Positions 33,612-42,528 of a stretch of DNA of 64,000 bases are shown in pieces. A program made the position numbers and the translations under genes. The DNA comes from an uncultured Spirochaetia bacterium. GTDB taxonomy: Bacteria; Desulfobacterota_D; UBA1144; Nemesobacterales; JADFKM01. Where the stretch lies: positions 60,237 to 124,236 of the forward strand of contig CAZXEJ010000001.1 of NCBI GenBank assembly GCA_964639895.1, given 5' to 3'. The notes under the pieces were generated by a model. It was not told the DNA's origin, did no database searches, and saw only the letters and a program-made list of their open reading frames with translations. Position 1 is the first letter of the stretch; every line of letters starts with the position of its first letter.

Positions 33612-34817
33612 TCAGGTGAACCGTACGCGCACGAACTCTCTCTTTCCGATCTTTACGCGCAGCTCTTCACCCTCGGGCACGGAGGCCGTGGGGTCCGTGT
33701 AGCGGGTGCCGTCGATAGTAAGGCCCCCTTGGCGGATGAGACGCTTGGCCTCGCTCCGGTTCCGTATCCGTGACGAGACGGCCGTGACGAGATCGAGCAC
33801 GCTCATCCCCTCGGTCCGCTCAAGTTCGGCCACGGGGGCGTCCTCGGGGAAGGCGCGGCGGGAGAACTTGGTCTCGAAATCCCGTTGCGCACGCTCGGCG
33901 CTCTCGGCATCCAGGAGCCACGCTACTATCTCGCGGGCAAGCGCCTTCTTGGCCTCCATGGGGTGGCAGCTGCGGCGCAGCCGCTCGATCTCCTCTGCCG
34001 TGCGGGAGCTCAAGAGTTCATAGTAGTGCCACATCGTCTCGTCCGGCACGGACATTAACTTGCCGAACATCTCCTCGGGCGGCTCGTCCAACCCCACGTA
34101 GTTGCCGTAGGACTTCGACATCTTGCGCTTGCCGTCCAGCCCCTCAAGCAGGGGCAGCAGCACGACCACCTGGGGCGTTAGGCCGAAGTGGCGCTGCAGG
34201 TGGCGGCCGAGGAGGATGTTGAATTTCTGATCCGACCCCCCCACCTCGACGTCGGCCTTCACCTGGACGGAGTCGTAGGCCTGAATGAGCGGATAGAAGA
34301 ATTCGCGCAGCGTGATGGGTCTGCCCTCACGGTAGCGCTTCTCGAAGTCGTCGCGCTCGAGCAGGCGTGCCACGTTCTCGAGCTCGGCCAGCTCGAGCAG
34401 ATCCAGCGCACTCATGGGCTCGAGCCAGCGCGAGTTGAACACCAGCTCCGTCCGGTCCGGTCGGAGCACGCGGTATACCTGGCGCTCGTAGGTGGCGGCG
34501 TTCTCGGCCACCTGCTCGCGACTCAACCGCGGGCGCGCCTCGCTCCTGCCGGTGGGATCGCCTATGAGGGCGGTGAAGTCACCCACGATGAAGACCACCG
34601 TGTGACCCAGGTCCTGGAACTGGCGCAGCTTGCGCAACAGCACGCAGTGGCCCAGGTGGAGGTCGGGCGCCGTGGGATCGAACCCGGCCTTTATGCGCAG
34701 GGGGCGGCGCTCGCGGTAGGAAAGGCGCAGCCGCTCGAGCAGCTCCTCTTCGGATATTATCTCCACCGTGCCGCGGCGCAGTAGTTCGAGCTGCCGCTCG
34801 GGCTCCATGATCTCCAT
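33612..34817 (-). CDS. tyrS: tyrosine--tRNA ligase
   Basis: 401 aa. HIGH-type motif [14 protein letters not shown] motif KMSKSYGN, and a C-terminal S4 domain. Confidence 0.95.
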   Translation of the reverse strand: MEIMEPERQLELLRRGTVEIISEEELLERLRLSYRERRPLRIKAGFDPTAPDLHLGHCVLLRKLRQFQDLGHTVVFIVGDFTALIGDPTGRSEARPRLSREQVAENAATYERQVYRVLRPDRTELVFNSRWLEPMSALDLLELAELENVARLLERDDFEKRYREGRPITLREFFYPLIQAYDSVQVKADVEVGGSDQKFNILLGRHLQRHFGLTPQVVVLLPLLEGLDGKRKMSKSYGNYVGLDEPPEEMFGKLMSVPDETMWHYYELLSSRTAEEIERLRRSCHPMEAKKALAREIVAWLLDAESAERAQRDFETKFSRRAFPEDAPVAELERTEGMSVLDLVTAVSSRIRNRSEAKRLIRQGGLTIDGTRYTDPTASVPEGEELRVKIGKREFVRVRFT

Positions 34818-35042
34818 CTGCTACACCTCTCGTCGGGGGCGCCGTCCCAGCCCGCCGCAGGCGGGGGCTCTAGGTGCGACCGATGGGGGGGCAGGGCAAC
34901 CGACCCCCCCTCCCGCCGCACCACGGCCCGAGTGCGGGGGCGCCGTAACGGCTAATCAATATAACACATTATGGGTGACGGCGCCCCCGGCGGGACAGAC
35001 TTGAAAAAAAATCGGCCAACCACTACACTTATGTGAAGCGGG

Positions 35043-36173
35043 GTGCATCTAGCCATGAAAAGAGGCGACAAGGTCTATTACGTCAAGGACTTCGTCCAGT
35101 CCATACCTCTGCCCACCCCGAAGCAGATCTCACAGGAGCTCGAGAACCTGGGTTACCGTGGACAGGAGTCCTCCCGCAGGGCCGCCTGCTTGGCCGCCTA
35201 CAGGCACGTCAAACGCCTCAAGCTCCTCCATCTCAAGAAGATGCCCCGCTCCGAGTTGCCGGCGCGTCCCAACACCGTGCTCATCGGGCCCACAGGCTGC
35301 GGCAAGACCTTCCTCATCGAGCTCCTTTTCGGCGAGATCTTCAAGCTCCCATACGTTATCGTCGACATGACGAAATTCACCGAGTCGGGCTACGTGGGCG
35401 ATGACGTCGTAAACATCCTCGTACAACTTGTGTTCGCCGCCAACGAGAGCATCGACATCGCCGAGTGCGGCGTCGTGGTGCTGGACGAGTTCGACAAGAT
35501 AGCAGGTGCGCTGAGCAGCGCCCGGTTCGCCGGCCAGGGAACGACGAAGGACGTCTCGGGCTACGGTGTCCAGCGCGAGCTGCTCAAGATACTCGAGGGC
35601 ACCGACGTTCAGATCCCGCTCGACTTCGGCTTCTCCAACCGCGGCCCGCGCGCCTTCATATCGACGCGCGACATCACTTTCTTCTCGGTAGGCGCATTCT
35701 CGGGCATAAGGACCCTCATGGAGCGGCCCTCGATGGGGTTCCTGAGCGACGTCGACCGCGACGGCGGCGACCCGGAGGCCATCGCCTACAAGATCACCGA
35801 GGAGGAGCTCAACGACATATCCCGCTTCCACCTGTTCGGCTTCCTCCCCGAGCTGATCGCACGCTTCAACCGGATCGTGCCGTTCGCACCGCTCGACCGC
35901 GAGACGCTCAAGGAGATACTGCTGCTCAAGATACAGAAGTACAAGAAGGAGTTCCTCGAAGAGGGATTCCAGCTAACCATAGACGATGCGGCCATAAATC
36001 TCATCATCAACGAGGCGCTCCAGCGCCAGACCGGGGCGCGCGGCCTCGACGTCATAGTGACCAAGCACATAGAAGACGTGGCGTTCGAGGTGTTCGGTAC
36101 GGGAGCCGAGGGGGAGGTGCTGCTCACCGCAAGCGGAGGCGAGATGTCCCACTTCGTAAAGAGGCGCGCATGA
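35043..36173 (+). CDS. ClpX-like AAA+ ATPase lacking the N-terminal zinc-binding domain
   Basis: 376 aa. Walker A IGPTGCGKT, pore-1 loop GYVGDDV (ClpX GYVGEDV), Walker B VVLDEFDKI, and VSGYGVQRELLKILEGT (ClpX VSGEGVQQALLKIIEGT). No C4 zinc finger. MGF tripeptide where ClpX has the IGF loop. Confidence 0.85.
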   Translation: MHLAMKRGDKVYYVKDFVQSIPLPTPKQISQELENLGYRGQESSRRAACLAAYRHVKRLKLLHLKKMPRSELPARPNTVLIGPTGCGKTFLIELLFGEIFKLPYVIVDMTKFTESGYVGDDVVNILVQLVFAANESIDIAECGVVVLDEFDKIAGALSSARFAGQGTTKDVSGYGVQRELLKILEGTDVQIPLDFGFSNRGPRAFISTRDITFFSVGAFSGIRTLMERPSMGFLSDVDRDGGDPEAIAYKITEEELNDISRFHLFGFLPELIARFNRIVPFAPLDRETLKEILLLKIQKYKKEFLEEGFQLTIDDAAINLIINEALQRQTGARGLDVIVTKHIEDVAFEVFGTGAEGEVLLTASGGEMSHFVKRRA

Positions 36174-37507
36174 AGGTAGGTATCGTAAGCCTCGGCTGCG
36201 CGAAGAACCTGGTCGACAGCGAGCGCATGTGGGGGGTGCTGCAGCGGGAAGGCCACGAGCTCGTCCATCCGGAAGAGGCCGAGGTGGTGGTGGTCAATAC
36301 GTGCGGCTTCCTGGGTGACGCCGTCAGAGAATCGGTCGAGGCCATAGTGGAGGCCGCAGGGCTCAAGGAGAGCGGCCGCTGCCGCAGGCTCGTCGTGACG
36401 GGCTGTCTCGTGGAGCGCTACGGCGACGAGCTACGTAGGGAGCTGCCCGAGGTCGACGTCTTCTGCGGCACCGGCCCCACTCCCCCGCTCGAGGTTCTGC
36501 TCGGTGGGCCTGCCGCCGCGACGGCCCGCCACCCCTACGACCCCGACGCCCCGCGGGCGCTGCTCACGCCGCCGTGGACGGCCTACCTCAAGGTATCGGA
36601 GGGCTGCTCGCGCAGTTGCTCGTTCTGTGTAATCCCGTCGCTGAGGGGCCCGATGCGGAGCCGCACGCCGGACGACCTTGCGGCCGAGGCCGAGCGGCTC
36701 GCCGGAGGCGGGGTGAAGGAGCTAAACCTCGTGGCTCAGGACCTGACCAGCTACGGCCGCGACATAGGAAGCTCGCTCGAAGAGTTGCTCGGGCGGCTGT
36801 GCCGCATCGAGGGCGTGCGGTGGATAAGGCTCCTCTACTGCTACCCTTGGGGCTTTACGCCCGCACTGCTCGACACGATAGCCTCCGAAGAGAAGATCGT
36901 AAACTACGTAGACGTCCCGTTGCAACACATAAACGACCGCATCCTCGGCCTCATGAACCGCAAGACCACCTCGACTGGGCTCAGACAACTGGTTTCCACG
37001 CTGCGCGAACGCATACCCCGCCTTACGCTCAGGACGACCTTCATCGTGGGCTTTCCCACCGAGACGGAACGGGAGTTCCGCGAGCTGCTGGACTTCGTCG
37101 AGGAAGCCCACTTCGAGCGCGTGGGCGTTTTCACCTATTCACACGAAGAGGGCACGGCCGCAGCCGCATTGGAAGACAACGTCCCCCCGGAGGAGAAGGA
37201 AGAGAGGCGTGAGAGGCTCATGGAGCTTCAGGCCTCGATATCGCAGCGCCACAACGCCGCCCTCGTCGGGGAGGAGCTGGAAGCCCTGATAGAGCGGCGC
37301 GACGGTGCACGCTGGGAGGCACGCTTGGCGTCGCAGGCCCCAGAAGTGGACGGCGTCACGTACGTAGAATCGACGGCCCCCCTGAGACCGGGCGACATCG
37401 TGCCCGTCACCGTGACAGCGGCCGACACGTACGACCTCCACGCCGTGGCGGCCCCCCGTCGAGGCCGCACGCCGTCCCCGCGCCCGCAGGCGGCACAGCG
37501 CACCTGA
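36170..37507 (+). CDS. rimO: ribosomal protein S12 methylthiotransferase RimO (radical SAM, MTTase family)
   Basis: 445 aa. N-terminal MTTase domain (MKVGIVSLGCAKN), radical SAM CSRSCSFC, and a C-terminal TRAM domain. The ATG overlaps the upstream TGA (ATGA). The tracked 680-aa ORF from 35465 is a spurious 5' extension. Confidence 0.9.
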   Translation: MKVGIVSLGCAKNLVDSERMWGVLQREGHELVHPEEAEVVVVNTCGFLGDAVRESVEAIVEAAGLKESGRCRRLVVTGCLVERYGDELRRELPEVDVFCGTGPTPPLEVLLGGPAAATARHPYDPDAPRALLTPPWTAYLKVSEGCSRSCSFCVIPSLRGPMRSRTPDDLAAEAERLAGGGVKELNLVAQDLTSYGRDIGSSLEELLGRLCRIEGVRWIRLLYCYPWGFTPALLDTIASEEKIVNYVDVPLQHINDRILGLMNRKTTSTGLRQLVSTLRERIPRLTLRTTFIVGFPTETEREFRELLDFVEEAHFERVGVFTYSHEEGTAAAALEDNVPPEEKEERRERLMELQASISQRHNAALVGEELEALIERRDGARWEARLASQAPEVDGVTYVESTAPLRPGDIVPVTVTAADTYDLHAVAAPRRGRTPSPRPQAAQRT

Positions 37508-37761
37508 CTCCCCCCAGCACCCGCCACCCAGGAGGCACCTCGACCCCTGCCGGCGGCCCCGACCCATTCTCGAAAGACACGTAACGCAACTTCACCAGAC
37601 TCCTCCCAGAGCGCCGCCTTCCCCTTCCCACACGGCCGCGTACCCCGACGCCCCCCGGGGCGCACCACCCCGGCACCCCTTCCCCTCGCGTCCCCTCCCC
37701 CCGACACCGGGCCCCGACCACCACTTGAACACGGCACCCTTTCCCCCTATACTCCAACGGG

Positions 37762-38706
37762 ATGAGAATCGTCTTCATGGGTACGCCCCGCTTCGCCGTC
37801 CCGTCGCTCCGGGCGCTGGTGAGCGCGGGCCACGACGTGGTGGCCGTGGTCACCCAGCCCGACAAACCCAAGGGCAGGGGCCGTCGTACAGCGCCGCCGC
37901 CCGTCAAGTGCGAGGCCGTATCGCACGGCATCCAGGTGCTCCAGCCCGCCAAGATACGGACCGACGAGTTCGCCCTATGCCTCGAGGGGCTCGAGCCCGA
38001 GGTGGTGTGCGTCGTGGCCTACGGCAAGATACTCCCCAAGCGTGTGCTCGACATCCCGCCGAGGGGATGCATCAACGTCCACGCATCCCTCCTCCCCAAG
38101 TACCGCGGGGCCGCCCCCGTCAACTGGGCCATCATCCGCGGCGAGCGGACGACGGGGGTGACGACGATGCTCATGGACGAGGGCATGGACACGGGCGACA
38201 TACTGCTGCAGCGGCAGGTCGCGATCGAAGACGACGATGCCGAGACGCTGGCCGAGAGGCTCTCGCACGTGGGGGCCGAGCTGCTGGTGGAGACGCTCGA
38301 GGCCTTGGAGAGGGGAGCGCTCACGCCACGGCCCCAGGACGACTCGGCGGCCACCTATGCTCCGATGCTCAAGAAGGAGATGGGGCTCATCGATTGGAGC
38401 CGCGACGCCGAGGAGATAAGGAACCTCGTCCGAGGGCTGAGACCGTGGCCGGGCGCCTATACCCAGTGGGGGGAGAAGACGCTCAAGGTGATACGCGCCG
38501 TAGTAGCCCAGGGAGAGGGCAGGCCCGGCGAGGTGATAGAGGCCTCTACATCGCTCGTCGTGGCCGCGGGCCGCGGTGCGCTGCGGATAGAGGAGCTCCA
38601 GCTCGAGGGGAGCAAGCGCATGGGCGCGGCCGATTTCCTGCGCGGACACCGTATCGAGACGGGCACGGTGCTCGGCTCCGGGGGAGAGGGGAGCCGGAAG
38701 GGCTAG
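37762..38706 (+). CDS. fmt: methionyl-tRNA formyltransferase
   Basis: 314 aa. MRIVFMGTP.FAVPSL N-terminus, HASLLPKYRGAAP catalytic region, and a C-terminal Fmt domain. Confidence 0.95.
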   Translation: MRIVFMGTPRFAVPSLRALVSAGHDVVAVVTQPDKPKGRGRRTAPPPVKCEAVSHGIQVLQPAKIRTDEFALCLEGLEPEVVCVVAYGKILPKRVLDIPPRGCINVHASLLPKYRGAAPVNWAIIRGERTTGVTTMLMDEGMDTGDILLQRQVAIEDDDAETLAERLSHVGAELLVETLEALERGALTPRPQDDSAATYAPMLKKEMGLIDWSRDAEEIRNLVRGLRPWPGAYTQWGEKTLKVIRAVVAQGEGRPGEVIEASTSLVVAAGRGALRIEELQLEGSKRMGAADFLRGHRIETGTVLGSGGEGSRKG

Positions 38707-39080
38707 AGCGCGAACTCGACCGAGTAGCTGCCAACCTTCACCTTGGCCGCAAGGCCGTGGTTCCAGCACAGCTCACGCGCCCTGGCTTGGAGTTCCTTGG
38801 GCACCGCCACCACCAGCCTCGCCCCCAGGTCGGAGAGGCTCTTCCACTCCTCCACCTCGGTTTCGCTCACCGTCGAGGGGGTCTCCACCTCGACCACCAT
38901 CACCACCTGGCCGTAGTTCACGAACACCACGTCCGGGTATAGGCCCGCCACGGCATAGTTCCGCTCGTCGCCCGGGTTTATGTGGACCTCCTTGTACTCG
39001 CGGGCCCAGCGCTCCTTGATCTTCCTTATCACCCAGTCGTGGAGGAACTGCTCGTCCTTAGTCCGCGACATAACCCTCAC
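38703..39080 (-). CDS. hypothetical protein, possible PD-(D/E)xK nuclease fold
   Basis: 125 aa. YPDVVFV...VVMVVEVETP..K resembles a PD-(D/E)xK core. Overlaps the nadK 5' end by 23 nt and the fmt stop by 4 nt. Confidence 0.45.
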   Translation of the reverse strand: MRVMSRTKDEQFLHDWVIRKIKERWAREYKEVHINPGDERNYAVAGLYPDVVFVNYGQVVMVVEVETPSTVSETEVEEWKSLSDLGARLVVAVPKELQARARELCWNHGLAAKVKVGSYSVEFAL

Positions 39081-39966
39081 CCCATCTCAGTTTGGCCTTG
39101 AGCGTGCGGAAGAAATCGCTGAAGGGGGACTTTATTATGCGCACCTTGTGCTGTGCCCTTACGACCTCCACCACGTCCCCCCGCCTCAAGGGGATGCCCC
39201 CCCTGCCGTCCAGGGTGAGGAAGATGTCGGTCGAGTCGGCGGCCGTAATCTCGAGCTTTATGTTGGCCTCGCTAGAGACGACGAGCGGGCGGTTGGTGAG
39301 GATATGGGGACAGATGGGGGTGATTATGGTGACGGGCAGCGTGGGATAGACGATGGGGCCTCCGGCCGACAGGGAATAGGCCGTCGAGCCCGTCGGTGTG
39401 GCGACGATGATGCCGTCGGCCTTGAAGGTGGTTATGTACTTGCCGTCTATCAGCAGCTGGAGATCGATTATACGGGCCACGGCGCCCTTGTTGACTACGG
39501 CGTCGTTTAGCACGACGAACCCGCCCAACGTATCGCCCGTACGGTGTATGTTGACCGAGAGCATGTTCCGCTCCTCGGTCGTATAGTCTCCTCTGAGGAC
39601 GTGCTCCATCATCGGGTAGAGCTCGTGGCGGTCGATCTCGGTAAGGAACCCCAAACGGCCGAGCTTGACGCCGAGCAGAGGGATGTCGGCCTCGCTCACC
39701 AGGCGGGCCGCGGCCAGGAAGGTACCGTCGCCGCCCAGGACTACGACGACGTCGGCCACCTGGGACATCATGTTGCGCTGGACGTAGTGGCCGTGTCCGA
39801 TCTTCTCGTCCAACTCTTCGTCGATGAACACCTCGACGCCGCGCTCTTGGAGCCACGCCGTAAGCTCGGTGGCGATGTCGTGCGCCTCCTTAGAGTGGCT
39901 CTTGCCGATGATGCCTATCCTCAACTGCGGACGCACCCCCTGGCGGGTGGATTGGCTCCGGCGCAA
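39058..39966 (-). CDS. nadK: NAD+ kinase
   Basis: 302 aa. GGDGTFL motif (VVVLGGDGTFLAAARL) and NE/DD catalytic motifs. Confidence 0.9.
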   Translation of the reverse strand: MRRSQSTRQGVRPQLRIGIIGKSHSKEAHDIATELTAWLQERGVEVFIDEELDEKIGHGHYVQRNMMSQVADVVVVLGGDGTFLAAARLVSEADIPLLGVKLGRLGFLTEIDRHELYPMMEHVLRGDYTTEERNMLSVNIHRTGDTLGGFVVLNDAVVNKGAVARIIDLQLLIDGKYITTFKADGIIVATPTGSTAYSLSAGGPIVYPTLPVTIITPICPHILTNRPLVVSSEANIKLEITAADSTDIFLTLDGRGGIPLRRGDVVEVVRAQHKVRIIKSPFSDFFRTLKAKLRWGEGYVAD

Positions 39967-40038
39967 CGGGCGACGGGACGGTGACGAAGCTATATAATAA
40001 ACGCCCCCGCCGGGGGCGTCAAAACGCCCTCCTCCACC

Positions 40039-41163
40039 CTAGGACGTATCGGCGGCCGAATGCTCGCGGGCGGGTGCCTGGAGCAGGTAGCTCTTTATGA
40101 ACCCCTCAAGCTCGCCGTCCAAGACGCCTTCGACGTCGGCCGTCTCGTGGCCCGTACGGTGGTCCTTGACCATCTTGTAGGGGTGGAGCACGTAGGAACG
40201 TATCTGGCTGCCCCAGCCTATCTCCTTCTTTCCAGCGCTAAGCTCGTCCAGCCTGCGGCGCCTCTTCTCCTTCTCCAGCTCGTAGAGGCGCGCTCTCAAG
40301 ATCTTCATCGCCGTGTGCCGGTTCTGATGCTGGCTGCGCTCGTTCTGGCAGCTTACCACGATGCCAGTCGGGATGTGGGTTATGCGGACGGCCGAATCGG
40401 TCTTGTTGACGTGCTGGCCGCCCGCGCCGCTTGCGCGGAACGTGTCTATGCGCAGGTCCTTCTCGTCTATCTCGACCTCGACGTCCTCCTCGATCTCTGG
40501 GGCCACGAACACAGAACAGAACGACGTGTGGCGGCGGCGGCTGGCGTCGAAGGGGGAGATGCGCACCAACCGATGAACGCCGCTCTCGCCGCGCAGGTAG
40601 CCGAACGCGTAGGGGCCCTTGACGAGGAAGGTGGCGCTCTTTATGCCGGCCTCTTCGCCGGGCTGCAGATCGAGCATCTCGGTCTCATAGCCCTGGCGCT
40701 CGGCATAGCGCAGGTACATGCGGAGCACCATCTCGGCCCAGTCCTGGGCCTCCGTCCCTCCGGCGCCGGCGTTGATGGAGACTATGGCGTTGCGCTGGTC
40801 GTCCTCGCCGCCCAACATGCGCTTGAGCTCGAGCGACTCGACCTCCCTCTCCAGGCGCTCGAGCTTGCCGGACGCCTCCTGCACGGTGGCTTCGTCCTGG
40901 GCCTCCTCACCCAGCTCGGCCAGCACCTCGACCTCCTCGAGCTCCTCCTCCACCCCCTCGATGGCGTCGACGATCCCCCTGAGCGCGGCCCTTTCGCGGA
41001 GCATGCGCTGTGCCCGCTCGGCCTCGTCCCAGAACCCCTCCTCGCCGGTGGCGGCGTCCAGCTCCTCGATGCGGCGCAACTTGGCCGGAATGTTGTAGAA
41101 CTCCTTGAGTTCGGCGAACCTCCTGCGGAGGTCCTCAATCTTGTCTCGTATCTCTGCGTACAT
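40039..41163 (-). CDS. prfB: peptide chain release factor 2
   Basis: GGQ motif (RASGAGGQHVNKT) and SPF tripeptide (RISPFDASRRRHTSF) specific for RF2. Start taken at MYAEIRDKIEDLRRRF. The reading frame is continuous, so there is no programmed +1 frameshift. Confidence 0.92.
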   Translation of the reverse strand: MYAEIRDKIEDLRRRFAELKEFYNIPAKLRRIEELDAATGEEGFWDEAERAQRMLRERAALRGIVDAIEGVEEELEEVEVLAELGEEAQDEATVQEASGKLERLEREVESLELKRMLGGEDDQRNAIVSINAGAGGTEAQDWAEMVLRMYLRYAERQGYETEMLDLQPGEEAGIKSATFLVKGPYAFGYLRGESGVHRLVRISPFDASRRRHTSFCSVFVAPEIEEDVEVEIDEKDLRIDTFRASGAGGQHVNKTDSAVRITHIPTGIVVSCQNERSQHQNRHTAMKILRARLYELEKEKRRRRLDELSAGKKEIGWGSQIRSYVLHPYKMVKDHRTGHETADVEGVLDGELEGFIKSYLLQAPAREHSAADTS

Positions 41164-41350
41164 AGGACACCGGCGACGGCCGCACTGGAAACCGGAGCCG
41201 TCGCAACACAACGAATAATATTATGTGAGCGCCCCGCGAATTCAAGGCGCGGCGCAGCCGGCCGCCCACCCTTGCGGCGGTTGATTAATTCCCCCGATCG
41301 GGTAGATTCATTGCGTTCACACCATCCCCCCCACGACGGAGAAGGCGAGG

Positions 41351-42490
41351 ATGAAGACATACCTTTTCACTCCCGGCCCCGTGCCGGTCGCCGAGGACAT
41401 ACTGCTCGAGATGGCTCGGCCCATCATACACCACAGGACCGAGGAGTTCGAAAACCTGTTCGGCCAGGTCCGACGAGGGTTGCGCACAGTGTTCCAGACC
41501 CAGCAGGAGGTGTTCGTGCTCGCCGCTTCGGGCACGGGCGCCATGGAGGGGGCCGTGGCCAACACCCTGTCGACCTCGGCCAAGGCTCTGGTCGTAAACG
41601 GCGGTAAGTTCGGCGAGAGGTGGGCCAAGATATGCAGGGCCTACGGGGTCGAGGTGCACGAGGTGATGGTCGAATGGGGGGAGGCCGTCGAACCCCAGCT
41701 GATAAAGAACATCCTTGAGAACGACCCGTCGATCAAGGCCGTGCTCGTACAGGCCAGCGAGACCTCGACGGGGGTGATGCATCCCGTGCGGGAGATCGCC
41801 GAGATAACCCGCCAGAGGGACGACGTCATCCTAATCGTGGACGGCATCTCGGCCGTGGGCGTGATCCCGCTGCCGTTCGACGAGTGGGGCATCGACGTGC
41901 TGGTCGGAGGGTCGCAGAAGGCGTTCATGCTGCCGCCGGGCCTGAGCTTCGTGGCCATGAGCGAGAAGGCGTGGCGGTTCAACGAGAGCTCCGACCTGCC
42001 GAAGTTCTACCTGGACTTCAAGGCGTACCGCAAGAGTGCAGAGAAGAACTCCACCCCCTACACGCCGGCCGTAACGCTGGTGATCGGGCTGGCGGCCGTG
42101 TTGCGACGCTTCATGTCCGAGGGGATGGACGCCGTCTACGCCCGCGCCGAGAAGCTGGCCCGCGCCACCCGCGAAGGGCTTAAGGCCATGGGTCTCGAGC
42201 TCTACGCCAAGACGTCGCCCTCACCCTCGGTGACGGCCGTCTATTCGCCTCCGGGCATCGACGCCAAGCTGATCATAGGCGGGCTGCGCGAGAAGTACGG
42301 CATGACGGTGGCCGGCGGACAGGACCAGGCCAAGGGCAAGATATTCCGCATCTCCCACATGGGCTACATCGACAAGGCCGACATACTGGCCGTCATCTCC
42401 GCCGTCGAATCGGTGCTGCGCGACATAGGGTACGAGTTCGAGTTCGGAGCCGGCACGAAGAGGGCCGCTGAGGTGCTCTCGGAGGGCTGA
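41351..42490 (+). CDS. class V pyridoxal-phosphate aminotransferase (serine-pyruvate / alanine-glyoxylate type)
   Basis: 379 aa. MKTYLFTPGPVPVAEDIL N-terminus, the SQKAFMLPPGLSF PLP-lysine region, and overall AGXT-like length. Confidence 0.85.
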   Translation: MKTYLFTPGPVPVAEDILLEMARPIIHHRTEEFENLFGQVRRGLRTVFQTQQEVFVLAASGTGAMEGAVANTLSTSAKALVVNGGKFGERWAKICRAYGVEVHEVMVEWGEAVEPQLIKNILENDPSIKAVLVQASETSTGVMHPVREIAEITRQRDDVILIVDGISAVGVIPLPFDEWGIDVLVGGSQKAFMLPPGLSFVAMSEKAWRFNESSDLPKFYLDFKAYRKSAEKNSTPYTPAVTLVIGLAAVLRRFMSEGMDAVYARAEKLARATREGLKAMGLELYAKTSPSPSVTAVYSPPGIDAKLIIGGLREKYGMTVAGGQDQAKGKIFRISHMGYIDKADILAVISAVESVLRDIGYEFEFGAGTKRAAEVLSEG

Positions 42491-42528
42491 GGCCGCCGGT
42501 GTCGCCGGGGCGGTCAGGGGACAGGGCA

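Noticed and set aside
35465-37507. 680-aa ORF spanning the clpX-like/rimO boundary
   Set aside because: The first 235 codons read out of frame across the ClpX-like gene (RRRGAGRVRQDSR...). The genuine RimO starts at the ATG at 36170, which overlaps the upstream stop.
37725-38942. 405-aa plus-strand ORF overlapping fmt in another frame
   Set aside because: Arg/Gly/Pro-rich. Overlaps the well-supported fmt gene. GC-rich frame artefact.
40060-41607. 515-aa plus-strand ORF
   Set aside because: Antisense to prfB. Composition dominated by Leu/Ala/Gly/Arg, as expected from the reverse complement of a GC-rich gene.
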